Source of the DNA: an uncultured Caldisericota bacterium
GTDB lineage: Bacteria; Caldisericota; Caldisericia; UBA6126
NCBI GenBank assembly: GCA_964493625.1
Contig: CAZBOU010000003.1
Span: 42,677 to 106,676 of the forward strand
Length of the DNA stretch: 64,000 bases
Direction: 5' to 3'
Of this stretch, positions 27,086 to 36,389 are shown piece after piece. Below the pieces are notes generated by a model, which saw only the letters and a program-made list of their open reading frames with translations, was not told the DNA's origin and searched no databases. Made by a program: the position numbers and the translations under genes. Each line of letters begins with the position of its first letter. The first letter of the stretch is position 1.

Positions 27086-29917
27086 CTATAAACGACACGT
27101 GTCTCCACTACAATGAGGGTTTGATGGTACATTTTCAAGATCAGACGTAGAAAGTGTATTGCCTTGGGGTTGAATTCCTTGAATAAGCTGGACCGTATGT
27201 GGCATTTGCTTTGCTTCAACACCATAATTTCCTGCATGTCGAGCATGAAGTTCTTCTATCTTCGATTTGTTCCAATTGTTAATCACGCTAAAATATCCAA
27301 CAATTCTAGAGATAGAATCAATATCAGTACTTCCACATTTATGGCATGTATCTTGTATGCCCATCATTTGATGATGGCATTTGTTGCAATATGAAAACTC
27401 GGGACTGATGGTCACTTGTGCTGTTTGTGTTTTGTACAAAGTATTTTTAATTAACACCATGATACTTTCTTTTGAAGGCCGTTCTTCTCCAATAAAGGCA
27501 TGGGTTATTGCACCCGATTCGATAAGGCCATGAAACATTCCCTGAACGCGGATTCTTTCGACAATACCAACGGGAGCATCGGCAGACAAATGAATAGAAT
27601 TTGTGTAATAGACATTGTCCTCTTCTATGCTTCCTTTTACGATATCCTTTGCATGATCGTAGTAATAGATTAAATCAGTTTTTGCTAGCCGTCTTGCGGC
27701 AGACTCAGCAGGAGATTCTTCCAATGTAAATTTAAGATTGTATTTTTCGGTATATTCTCTGATTTTGACATTCATAGCAGCTACAATTTCAAGGGCTTTA
27801 TCTACCATATCGGGTGAATCGTGCATTTGTTCTCCATATAGGTAGTGTAGAGCATCATTGACTCCTATCAAGCCGATAATGTAAGTGCTCTTATCTAGGT
27901 CGACATAAGGCTTACCATCATTGGATTCTTTCCCAATTTGCCAAAGAGGACTCCCTTTTTGCATCATTTTTTGTCCAACAAAGTCTTTTTTCATGAGGTG
28001 AGCTTGAATTGCCATATCCATGGATTCGTACACTTTTTCCAAAAGACCGTTCATAGTCTTCTTTCCGTCGATTGCGGCAAGATAGGCAGCTTGAGGTATA
28101 TTAATGGTTACATTTTGAAATCCACAAAATCTCATGGTTTCGGGGTGTACGAGCATACAGTTGTCATTGATGGTAGTACGAAGGCGACAACAAGCAGAAA
28201 GTGTAACTTGATCTCGGTCGAAAATAAAATATACAGAACCGTTGTTAGCAGCTACTTCAACAGCTCTTTCTAAAACGGCCGTTTGCTTTGGATCGGAAAA
28301 AGACTCTTCGCTTACATGAAAGTCACATTTCGGGAATTCAAAGATGCGTCCATTTTTATCACCCTTTTCCCAAACATCAAGCATGGCCATTGCAAATTTT
28401 CTAGCAACATCTTCGAAGTCGCCATATGTATATATATGGTAGCCTTTGGATTTGGTTTTTTGGGCAATTTCTTGGTTGTATACTATGCTCCCATCAGAGT
28501 CAATCTCTTCTTCTAATACGACGTCCCCTTTGTAGGAAAGCTGCATGAGTTTATGACCAGAAGTACTAGTGCTAGGAAGGTGATCTTCTACTAAGTAAAC
28601 ATCTTCTTTAGAGGGCAATTGCATCTTGTACTGTCCGCCTTCGCAAATCGCTGGAACATTCTTTAAGTAAGAAGGAACTCCCGTATGAATATTAAAATCA
28701 AGGAAAACAGTTTGTCCACCTCTGGCAAATGCATTTTGTGAACCATTGAATATGAGCTCTTGAGCGCGTTGGTATAAAACATCATCAGACAATTCTTGTA
28801 AAAGTGGTGCATACATAATATTGATATAAGCAACACCTAAAGCTCCAGCATAATAAGCCTGCATCGAAGCAATGAATGTGTTCAAGTGACCTGTCAAAAC
28901 TTGAGCAGATTTGGCTGGTTTCGATTCGCTATTAAGATTCACAAGCCCAGTCAATCCATATTTTTTAATATATTCAATAGAATGAGAGGAGCAATACACG
29001 CGATCTGGAAAACCTAGGTCATGAATATGAATGCGCCCTGTGGAATGTGCCCTCGAAAGACTCGGACCATACACATGACGAAGTGCATATTGTTTCAATA
29101 TGTACTCTCCAATGGTTTGCGTTACAGCTTCGGGGTTGTTACTTTTAATATTGCTGTTTTCTTCTGATTTTTCAAACATAATATTTTCTAGTGTAGATTT
29201 GGCAACAGAAAACTGTGCTAAATCTTTTAATTGGGCTACATACCCTCTGTCTTCGAGTTCATTGTTGACCATTTCTCGGATTAGAGTTGTACCTATCTCA
29301 GAACCTTGCCAGGCAAAAGCTTTATTTTCAACAGCTTTGGCAACGCTATGTGCTTCGCTATACGATAAAGTTGTTTCTTTCATGAGAGAAGAAATGATTC
29401 TAGATTTATCCCATGGATGGACGATATTCTCTGAAGAAGATTCAACAAGAAGCAAAGCATCGGTGGAATCTCTGGAATCCTGACTTGCTTTCGTTCGAAT
29501 TTTCAATTGCTTTCGGATGGTTTCTCTACGTTTGCGGTATTCTTTGTAATATACCATTACTTCAGGAAAACCTTCTTGACTTAATGTAATTTCAACCAAA
29601 TCCTGAATATCTTCAATGTTAGCAATACGTTTTCCGTCTACTTCTTGTACAAAATAAATGGAGGTTGGATTGTTTAGCTCATCACATACTCTTTTTGCAA
29701 TGCTTTTGGCATCTGGTATAGGTACATCTGCTAAGTTTTTACGCTGTACTTGTTGAGAGGCTTTTTGGATAGCATTGGTAATTTTATCCATCTGGAATGG
29801 TACAATACTCCCGTCTCTTTTTCGAAAACCATCTAGCACGTAAGAGTACAAAGTGTCGTGAACAGATGGAGTAGCGTTGTTCAAGTCCAAATTTGTCTCA
29901 ATTTCATAAAGATTCAT
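27086..29917 (-). CDS. nrdD: Anaerobic ribonucleoside-triphosphate reductase (class III) with tandem N-terminal ATP-cone domains
   Basis: The C-terminus has the Zn ribbon CNKCHHQ...CHKCG and the glycyl-radical motif SRIVGYFS. The N-terminus has two ATP-cone-like segments (FRKRDGSIVPFQMDKITNAIQKA and HPWDKSRIISSLMKE). The protein is about 943 aa, long for NrdD. Confidence 0.85.
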   Translation of the reverse strand: MNLYEIETNLDLNNATPSVHDTLYSYVLDGFRKRDGSIVPFQMDKITNAIQKASQQVQRKNLADVPIPDAKSIAKRVCDELNNPTSIYFVQEVDGKRIANIEDIQDLVEITLSQEGFPEVMVYYKEYRKRRETIRKQLKIRTKASQDSRDSTDALLLVESSSENIVHPWDKSRIISSLMKETTLSYSEAHSVAKAVENKAFAWQGSEIGTTLIREMVNNELEDRGYVAQLKDLAQFSVAKSTLENIMFEKSEENSNIKSNNPEAVTQTIGEYILKQYALRHVYGPSLSRAHSTGRIHIHDLGFPDRVYCSSHSIEYIKKYGLTGLVNLNSESKPAKSAQVLTGHLNTFIASMQAYYAGALGVAYINIMYAPLLQELSDDVLYQRAQELIFNGSQNAFARGGQTVFLDFNIHTGVPSYLKNVPAICEGGQYKMQLPSKEDVYLVEDHLPSTSTSGHKLMQLSYKGDVVLEEEIDSDGSIVYNQEIAQKTKSKGYHIYTYGDFEDVARKFAMAMLDVWEKGDKNGRIFEFPKCDFHVSEESFSDPKQTAVLERAVEVAANNGSVYFIFDRDQVTLSACCRLRTTINDNCMLVHPETMRFCGFQNVTINIPQAAYLAAIDGKKTMNGLLEKVYESMDMAIQAHLMKKDFVGQKMMQKGSPLWQIGKESNDGKPYVDLDKSTYIIGLIGVNDALHYLYGEQMHDSPDMVDKALEIVAAMNVKIREYTEKYNLKFTLEESPAESAARRLAKTDLIYYYDHAKDIVKGSIEEDNVYYTNSIHLSADAPVGIVERIRVQGMFHGLIESGAITHAFIGEERPSKESIMVLIKNTLYKTQTAQVTISPEFSYCNKCHHQMMGIQDTCHKCGSTDIDSISRIVGYFSVINNWNKSKIEELHARHAGNYGVEAKQMPHTVQLIQGIQPQGNTLSTSDLENVPSNPHCSGDTCRL

Positions 29918-30383
29918 CATGAAAAGGTCCTCCTTTATTTTGTAAACCATGAATTTCGTTCACGAATTCATCAATATCGCGAAAGTCTTTATACACAGAC
30001 GCAAAACGTATGTATGCTACGGGATCAATGTTTTTCAATTCCTTCATAATCAGCGTCCCTATTTCAAGACTATGCACTTCTTTATCATATTCTTTTCGTA
30101 TCGTTGATTCAATCGAATCAATCATGCTCTCTACCTGTTGCATAGTAACAGGTCTTTTTTCCGTTGATTTCAGAATACCCGTTTTAATTTTTTCTCGATC
30201 AAATGCTTGCCTTGATTGATCGCGCTTCACTACCATAATGTTGCCCAAGTCAATTCTTTCAAAAGTTGTAAAACGCCTTGAGCATGATAAACATTCTCTT
30301 CTTCTACGGATCGAATTACCTGTTTTTGTTTCTCGCTTGTCTAAAACTTTGTGCAAAGTAGAATTGCAAAATGGGCATTTCAT
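29904..30383 (-). CDS. nrdR: Transcriptional repressor NrdR
   Basis: The protein is 159 aa. It has the N-terminal zinc ribbon MKCPFCNS...RRRECLSC followed by an ATP-cone. Confidence 0.9.
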   Translation of the reverse strand: MKCPFCNSTLHKVLDKRETKTGNSIRRRRECLSCSRRFTTFERIDLGNIMVVKRDQSRQAFDREKIKTGILKSTEKRPVTMQQVESMIDSIESTIRKEYDKEVHSLEIGTLIMKELKNIDPVAYIRFASVYKDFRDIDEFVNEIHGLQNKGGPFHDESL

Positions 30384-30439
30384 TTTTTACTCCTTATCTA
30401 TCAAAAATATCAAATTTATTTTGAAATGCAAGAGAATAT

Positions 30440-30486
30440 CTACAATATATTGTGTTTAATGTCTCTATAATATCAATATATTGTTT
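30440..30486 (-). promoter_or_regulatory. Two NrdR-box operator sites with about 31 bp centre-to-centre spacing, upstream of nrdR
   Basis: On the coding (minus) strand the sites read AACAATATATTGATA and ACACAATATATTGTAG. The second matches 14 of 16 positions of the NrdR box consensus acaCwAtATaTwGtgt. The sites lie 57-100 nt upstream of the nrdR start. Confidence 0.7.
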
Positions 30487-30982
30487 ATTTACTCTTTTTT
30501 TGACAGCGTAAGAAGGTTCGAATCGTGGACAGAAAACAGGTTTTCTTCTGATAAAGAGGGTATTCATTTGGGAATAATTCTATGAGCATGCGTTCTTCGT
30601 AAGGGATAATGATGAAATATAGATATGCAAAAAACACCAGAGGAAGAAGAAATAAAAAGATGGAATTGAAAAATAGTACTACACCGATCAATATTATTAC
30701 CATACCAGAATACATTGGGTGGCGAAAATACCGGTAGATACCACTTATTGCTATTTTTTTGGGGGCTTGCGCTTCTTCTTGAGAAGATAAAATTGATCGT
30801 AGAACTCTGTCAGCTGAAAGATTTAGAACAAGACCTGCAAGAACCACTACAACCCCAAATAGGTTGTAAGGAACTACAATAAAATGAAATTTTGGGAGTA
30901 AAATATACAAGGGAAGATTGGCAAACAAGAAGAATAGAAAAATAGGAACGGATTGATTGGTTTTTTTCATTTTCATCTCCAA
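30485..30982 (-). CDS. Isoprenylcysteine carboxyl methyltransferase (ICMT)/PEMT-family membrane methyltransferase
   Basis: The protein is 165 aa with multiple TM helices and the motif RYFRHPMYSGMV typical of ICMT-family enzymes. Confidence 0.6.
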   Translation of the reverse strand: MEMKMKKTNQSVPIFLFFLFANLPLYILLPKFHFIVVPYNLFGVVVVLAGLVLNLSADRVLRSILSSQEEAQAPKKIAISGIYRYFRHPMYSGMVIILIGVVLFFNSIFLFLLPLVFFAYLYFIIIPYEERMLIELFPNEYPLYQKKTCFLSTIRTFLRCQKKSK

Positions 30983-31060
30983 AAATACTCTTGGTTGTTT
31001 AATTTTTATCGTTTTTCATTATTATAAGTAGAGTATCATACCTTTTTTTAGGAGTTCAAT

Positions 31061-31384
31061 ATGCGCTTTGGGATGAAGAAAAAAAATGCGTTTTGGTATA
31101 TCGGTTTCGCCATTTTGCTATTTGTCTCTGTTTTCTTTATCACCATGTCTCTTGATTGTACAAATTTCATGTGTTTTCTCATGCAAAATGTCCCAAGTAT
31201 CTTTTTATTACTAGTGCTTATTCTTTCTTTTCATTATCCCAAAGTTAGTTCTGTTGTATCCATCCTTACAGGTATAGGGCTTGTGTTTTTATTCGGATTA
31301 GAGAGCCTTTTACCTTTGCTATTAACCGTTGTTCCGGTTTTACTTGGTGGTGTTTTTCTTTGGTTGTCTACTTTGTTTTCGTAG
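31061..31384 (+). CDS. Small integral membrane protein (3-4 TM helices)
   Basis: The protein is 107 aa and almost entirely hydrophobic. It has an AGGAG RBS 6 nt upstream of the ATG. Confidence 0.45.
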   Translation: MRFGMKKKNAFWYIGFAILLFVSVFFITMSLDCTNFMCFLMQNVPSIFLLLVLILSFHYPKVSSVVSILTGIGLVFLFGLESLLPLLLTVVPVLLGGVFLWLSTLFS

Positions 31385-31412
31385 TAATGGAACGAATCCA
31401 GAAAGGATTTTT

Positions 31413-32156
31413 ATGATACTACCTAGCCTATTCAAGAAAAGGATTCGGTTTTTGAATTACTACAAAAAGGATTCCTCTGGCCAAACTATCATAGAGTATG
31501 CTCTTGTAATCGTTGTAGTCGTCCTGGTCCTTATTCTTTCGTTTCCTGGCCTACGCCATTCGATTCACAATGTGTTTGATCGATATCAAGACGTCATTGA
31601 CGAATCAGCCCAAAAATGGCCATCCACGTATTTGGTTTTTCAAGAGGGTTTTCAATCTGTAAATAACTGGACAACAACTCGCGGTCAATTCGATGTGGAT
31701 GACCAAGGTAGATACTATAACACACAAAACGGTGAGAATCGATCTTTCATCGACTATCAAGGAAATGACTTTCAGATGAGTATCGATGTAGCACACCTTA
31801 CTGAGGGACAGGGCTATGGAGTATGGTTTCGAGCCAACGATATAGATGCTTCTAGTGGTATCAATGGGTATACTTTTCAATACGATCCAGGCTACGGTGG
31901 AGGTGCTTTTCTTTTTCGCAAGTGGGAAAATGGGCACGAACGAAGTCCTTTTGGACGCATAGACGTAAGTGATTTCGCATGGTATGAAGAGCATGAGATT
32001 ACACTTCAAGTAGAAGGAAACACATTTACTGCTTTTGTCAATGGTGAACCGGTCGTTACTGCTCAAGATGATGCCTATGAATCAGGAACTGTAGGACTTC
32101 GAACCTGGGGAAATTCTCGAGCATACTTTGATGATATCTCTATTGAAGAACACTAA
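31413..32156 (+). CDS. Flp-pilin-like N-terminus fused to a DUF1080 (concanavalin/LamG-like jelly-roll) domain
   Basis: The N-terminus KKDSSGQTIIEYALVIVVVVLVLIL matches the Flp/Fap prepilin motif G/xxxxEY plus a hydrophobic helix. The C-terminus ...GTVGLRTWGNSRAYFDDISI is typical of DUF1080. The start at 31413 has AGAAAGGA 6 nt upstream. Confidence 0.55.
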   Translation: MILPSLFKKRIRFLNYYKKDSSGQTIIEYALVIVVVVLVLILSFPGLRHSIHNVFDRYQDVIDESAQKWPSTYLVFQEGFQSVNNWTTTRGQFDVDDQGRYYNTQNGENRSFIDYQGNDFQMSIDVAHLTEGQGYGVWFRANDIDASSGINGYTFQYDPGYGGGAFLFRKWENGHERSPFGRIDVSDFAWYEEHEITLQVEGNTFTAFVNGEPVVTAQDDAYESGTVGLRTWGNSRAYFDDISIEEH

Positions 32157-32178
32157 TGTAAACACTTTGCGTCACTAT

Positions 32179-32207
32179 TTGACAGTTAAGTCTTTTTATA
32201 TTATAAT
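32179..32207 (+). promoter_or_regulatory. Consensus sigma-A type promoter TTGACA-17 bp-TATAAT
   Basis: TTGACA is at 32179-32184 and TATAAT at 32202-32207 with exactly 17 nt between them, read directly from the sequence. The promoter is immediately upstream of the lysine-riboswitch leader. Confidence 0.7.
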
Positions 32208-32224
32208 AGTAGTACGACTTTGAA

Positions 32225-32405
32225 AAATTTTTTTACACGGAGGAGCGTTGTATACGTATTTCATAGTATATGAGGTATTTTCTATGAAAAAGGGGTACAA
32301 CGCCGAAGGAAACCTATTCCTCAAGTAGGTTTACCTGGGTATGCAAGGGATACTTGTATAACTGCCTTGAAGTTTCGCTTCTTGGAGAGCCGTTTAGATG
32401 AAACC
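32225..32405 (+). promoter_or_regulatory. Lysine riboswitch (L-box) leader of the lysine biosynthesis operon
   Basis: The leader contains GGAGGAGCG (compare AGAGGUGCG), GAAAAAGGGGUACAACGCCGAAGG (compare GAAAGGGGAGCGUCGCCGAAG), UACCUGGG and CUUGGAGAGCCG (compare CUUGGAGGGCUA). These are the hallmark conserved segments of the B. subtilis lysC L-box, present here in the same order. The leader precedes asd/dap/lysC/lysA. Confidence 0.75.
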
Positions 32406-32459
32406 CCTAGAGGATTTGTTTAACACTTTTCAAGATATCATCTATTCTCAGGAGGTTTT

Positions 32460-33416
32460 ATGAAAATTGGTATTGTTGGTGCTACCGGCCTTATCGGTAG
32501 AACATTTCTTTCCGTTCTAGAAAAATCTACTTTTCCAGTTGATCTGGTTTATTTGTCTGCAACCGAACACTCAGAGGGAAAAGATCAGATCTTTCAAAAC
32601 AAACATTACAAAATTGTTAATACAACAAAACAAGTTCTACAAAAAGAATGTGACCTTGTTGTCTTGGCATCAGACTCAGAGGTTTCATCTAGATGGTCTC
32701 CTATTATTCAAGATTTTGCTACGTGGACTCTTGATATATCTAGTGCCCACCGAGATGATCTCTCGATACCTCTTGTAGTCCCTGAGATTAACGGCTCCGT
32801 TTTAGAGAACTACTATGGAATTATTTCCAACCCAAATTGTAGTACAATCCAACTGACCAAAGCTGTAGTTCCTATTCAAAAGCTGTTTGGATTAAAAAAA
32901 GTCGTAGTATCAACCTATCAATCGATATCGGGTATGGGACAAAAAGGATTGGCCTCTTTTCATGCCGAGAAAAATCTGCCCGTAACGGATTCTCCTTTGT
33001 CCAAAAACTGTACCCCCTATATTGGCCCCATAGAGGATAACGGGTATTGCCAAGAAGAGATAAAAATGATCCATGAGGCAAGACGAATTTTATCCGATCA
33101 TGAGCTGCCTATATACCCTACAACTGTTCGCGTGCCAATTGAAATTACCCATGGAGAATCTGTGTACATTGAAACCAGCAAAGAGATCGAAATGGATAGT
33201 TTGCTCAATGGAATTCAACAAGCTCCCTTTTTGACCTATGATGAAACAGCAATTCGAACCATTGATGCTATCAATACAAATCAAGTCCACATTGGTAGAC
33301 TTCGGCAAATTGATTCTCACACGTTGCATTTTTGGTGTATTGCAGACAATTTGTTAGTAGGTTCTGCCTGGAATGCGTATCAAATCGTGAAGGATTTAGA
33401 AAGAAGGCTTGTATGA
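32460..33416 (+). CDS. asd: Aspartate-semialdehyde dehydrogenase
   Basis: The protein is 318 aa. The N-terminus is KIGIVGATGLIGR, and SNPNCSTIQL contains the catalytic Cys. Confidence 0.9.
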   Translation: MKIGIVGATGLIGRTFLSVLEKSTFPVDLVYLSATEHSEGKDQIFQNKHYKIVNTTKQVLQKECDLVVLASDSEVSSRWSPIIQDFATWTLDISSAHRDDLSIPLVVPEINGSVLENYYGIISNPNCSTIQLTKAVVPIQKLFGLKKVVVSTYQSISGMGQKGLASFHAEKNLPVTDSPLSKNCTPYIGPIEDNGYCQEEIKMIHEARRILSDHELPIYPTTVRVPIEITHGESVYIETSKEIEMDSLLNGIQQAPFLTYDETAIRTIDAINTNQVHIGRLRQIDSHTLHFWCIADNLLVGSAWNAYQIVKDLERRLV

Positions 33417-34153
33417 CAAAATGTGATGCAAATGGCAATACGTTCTTGATTATGGAAAGGAAAGAGAAGGAGTCCAGTTCAAAAAAATGGTTTGAAGAGA
33501 ATACATGTAACGAAGATGGAGTCATATGGCTATATGAAAAGAACCATCAATGGCATATGGAATATTACAATTGCGATGGATCTTGCGCAGCCATGTGCGG
33601 AAATGGTGCCCGTAGCGTGTATTACTATCTCTATTCACACGACAAAATACCGGAAGATAAGTGGGTTACGCTTGGTACTTCTTTTGGTGAAATTAAAGGG
33701 ATTGTTGATTCCAATGGTGTACCTACCGTTTTAATGCCACCCCCCATATTGTTTCGTTCCTTAATTTGGAATGGAGTACTGGTGGATGTTATTAAAGTGG
33801 GGGTCCCTCATGTAGCACAACAAACAAAATCCAAAGTTGAACTAGACGAGTTTCCTTTTCAAGACTTTTTTACAACCATCCGAAAACATGATTTGATTCC
33901 CCCCGAATCAAATGCAAACGTTTTCTTTTATGAGGAAAATCACATTTGGTTACGTACCTTTGAAAATGGCGTAAATCGAGAAACGAAATCATGTGGTACG
34001 GGATGCGTAGCTGTTTCGTATTTGCTAAAAAATACATTGAACAGTTCCCATGACAAATGGACAGTACATACTAAAGGTGGGGATGTTACCGTTTCAATTG
34101 ATTCTCAATCTTATTATCTGAAAGGACAGGTGACTTGTAATGACATTATTTAA
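33413..34153 (+). CDS. dapF: Diaminopimelate epimerase
   Basis: The N-terminus NGNTFLI and the CGNGARS motif fit DapF, which has two catalytic Cys. The start overlaps the asd stop as ATGA. Confidence 0.8.
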   Translation: MTKCDANGNTFLIMERKEKESSSKKWFEENTCNEDGVIWLYEKNHQWHMEYYNCDGSCAAMCGNGARSVYYYLYSHDKIPEDKWVTLGTSFGEIKGIVDSNGVPTVLMPPPILFRSLIWNGVLVDVIKVGVPHVAQQTKSKVELDEFPFQDFFTTIRKHDLIPPESNANVFFYEENHIWLRTFENGVNRETKSCGTGCVAVSYLLKNTLNSSHDKWTVHTKGGDVTVSIDSQSYYLKGQVTCNDII

Positions 34154-35030
34154 TGGTGTAGGTACAGCAATAATTACTCCATTTTTGGAGGACTATTCAA
34201 TTGATTTTTCTAGTTTAGAGAAACTTTTATCGAAGCAAAAAAATGCTAGGATTGATGCTTGTATACTTCTTGGTACAACGGGGGAATGCCCCGTTATTAC
34301 AAAGGAAGAAAGAAAACAACTCATTCAATTTACTAAAGAGCAGTTGAAAGGCGATATGCCCATTATACTGGGGACAGGAAGTAACAACCCTAGTCATGTG
34401 GTGGAGTTCAATAAACAAGCAGAAGAATTGGGCGTTGATGGATTATTGATTGTAAATCCTTACTATAACAAAAGTACCCAAAAAGGTCTTGTAGATTATT
34501 TTTCCTACCTTGCTGGCGAAACCAAGCTTCCCATCATTCTTTACAATGTACCCTCTAGAACAGGCATGAACGTACTTCCTGAAACCATTATAGAGATCCA
34601 CAAAAAAGCTCCTTCTGTTGTAGCAGCAAAAGAAGCCAGTGCTGATATTTCTCAGATTAACTGGTTAATCTCTCAAAAACCTTCTTCTTTAACTGTTTAT
34701 TCAGGAAATGATGATCAAACATTGCCAATTCTTTCCATAGGAGGTAAGGGAGTAATATCGGTAGCATCCAATGTGATCCCTCGAGAAATGAAGTCTTTAA
34801 CAGATGCTTTCTTTGAAGGGAACTTAGAAAAGGCTCAAAAGATTAATAACACTTTGTTTCCCATGATGAAATCATTGTTTCTTGAAACAAATCCTTCTCC
34901 GGTGAAGTATGCAAACTCTGTTTTGGGTACCTGTAAAAATATCCTTCGCAGACCTTTGATCCCTATAGAAAAATGCACCGAAGAACGTATAGAAAAGCAT
35001 TTGAAAGAATTGGGGTATCTATGCAAGTAG
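34140..35030 (+). CDS. dapA: 4-hydroxy-tetrahydrodipicolinate synthase
   Basis: The protein is 296 aa. It has N-terminal GVGTAIITPF and LLGTTGE motifs. Confidence 0.9.
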   Translation: MTLFNGVGTAIITPFLEDYSIDFSSLEKLLSKQKNARIDACILLGTTGECPVITKEERKQLIQFTKEQLKGDMPIILGTGSNNPSHVVEFNKQAEELGVDGLLIVNPYYNKSTQKGLVDYFSYLAGETKLPIILYNVPSRTGMNVLPETIIEIHKKAPSVVAAKEASADISQINWLISQKPSSLTVYSGNDDQTLPILSIGGKGVISVASNVIPREMKSLTDAFFEGNLEKAQKINNTLFPMMKSLFLETNPSPVKYANSVLGTCKNILRRPLIPIEKCTEERIEKHLKELGYLCK

Positions 35031-35677
35031 GAATTATTGGATACCTTGGCAAAATGGGACAAGAGATCTTGCAGTGTATAGAAGAAAATGAAGATGATAC
35101 ATGTGTGTACAGAAAAGATCAAACCAATGAAATTCTTCAATGTACACCAGAGTGTATCATCGATTTTTCCATTCCTGAAGCTCTTTCATTTTCTTGTAAA
35201 AAAGCAATTGATTTTGGATGTTCCCTCATAGTAGGAACAACTGGATTGGAAACGCAACATCTTGAGGAATTAAAGAATGCTTCCAATACCATTCCCGTGT
35301 TTTATAGCACGAACTATTCATTGGGCGTTCATTGTCTCCATACAATGTTGGAATCAATACGTACACAGTTAAAGGGCTGGGACATTGGCATTGTTGAAAC
35401 CCATCACAAACAAAAAAAAGATGCTCCCAGTGGGACTGCTCTTTCTCTTCAAAAAACGATTGGTCGAGATTGTCCTATTGAGTCCTTTCGATTAAAAGGA
35501 GTTCCTGGGGAACATGAGATAATCATGACAAATGACAACGAGACGATACATTTAACGCATACTGCTTATTCAAGACAAGTCTTTGCATCAGGCTCATTGG
35601 ATTGTGCTAGATGGATTCTTCAATCCAATTTTAAAAAAGGTTTTTTTACTATGAAATCACGTTTTAAGGGAGAATAG
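35021..35677 (+). CDS. dapB: 4-hydroxy-tetrahydrodipicolinate reductase
   Basis: The N-terminus MQVGIIGYLGKMGQ is a Rossmann motif. The protein is about 218 aa, has the ETHHKQKKDAPSGTA motif, and follows dapA. Confidence 0.85.
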   Translation: MQVGIIGYLGKMGQEILQCIEENEDDTCVYRKDQTNEILQCTPECIIDFSIPEALSFSCKKAIDFGCSLIVGTTGLETQHLEELKNASNTIPVFYSTNYSLGVHCLHTMLESIRTQLKGWDIGIVETHHKQKKDAPSGTALSLQKTIGRDCPIESFRLKGVPGEHEIIMTNDNETIHLTHTAYSRQVFASGSLDCARWILQSNFKKGFFTMKSRFKGE

Positions 35678-35678
35678 A

Positions 35679-36389
35679 ATGTGTCAAACAACACAGAACA
35701 TTATTGATACCATTGCCAATAGCGAGAAAAAAACTCCTGTACAAGCATGGGTAAAAGGAAATTTTAGCAAAGAAGATGTACAGGAATTTGAGTTCTATCA
35801 AGGTGTCGATTTTTGGATTTTGTACTCGAATTGGGCTCAAATGGAGCCGTGGATTCAAGTCAATAAAGACAGAATTGAATCGCTTCGACTAGAGGTAGAT
35901 AGACGCAATTCTGCTATTCCACTTCTAGATTTGTTGTCCATTGAAGCTCGAATCGAACCCGGTGCTATGATACGTGATATGGTCTCCATTGGAAAACAGT
36001 CCGTCATAATGATGGGTGCTGTAATTAACATTGGTGCTTCCGTAGGAGAACATTCAATGATTGACATGAATGCCGTTATTGGTGGTCGAGCCGTCATAGG
36101 TAAACATTGTCACATTGGTGCAGGAGCTGTTGTTGCTGGAGTAATCGAGCCTGCAAATGCCCATCCTGTGGTGATAAAAGATCATGTGCTTGTTGGGGCC
36201 AATGCAGTTATCCTTGAAGGAATCACTATTGGAGACCACTCTGTAGTTGCAGCTGGTGCCATTGTCATTGAGAATGTCCCTTCCCACACTGTTGTTGCAG
36301 GTGCACCTGCAAAAATTATTAAAAAAGTGGATGAAAAAACGATTTCTAAAACATCTATTGAGCCTTCTTTGCGGAACCTAAATACATGA
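35679..36389 (+). CDS. dapH: 2,3,4,5-tetrahydropyridine-2,6-dicarboxylate N-acetyltransferase
   Basis: The protein is 236 aa. Its hexapeptide-repeat region aligns closely with B. subtilis DapH/YkuQ (RRNSAIPLLDL, ARIEPGA, IMMGAVINIGA, HCHIGAGAV, VVAGAPAK). Confidence 0.9.
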   Translation: MCQTTQNIIDTIANSEKKTPVQAWVKGNFSKEDVQEFEFYQGVDFWILYSNWAQMEPWIQVNKDRIESLRLEVDRRNSAIPLLDLLSIEARIEPGAMIRDMVSIGKQSVIMMGAVINIGASVGEHSMIDMNAVIGGRAVIGKHCHIGAGAVVAGVIEPANAHPVVIKDHVLVGANAVILEGITIGDHSVVAAGAIVIENVPSHTVVAGAPAKIIKKVDEKTISKTSIEPSLRNLNT

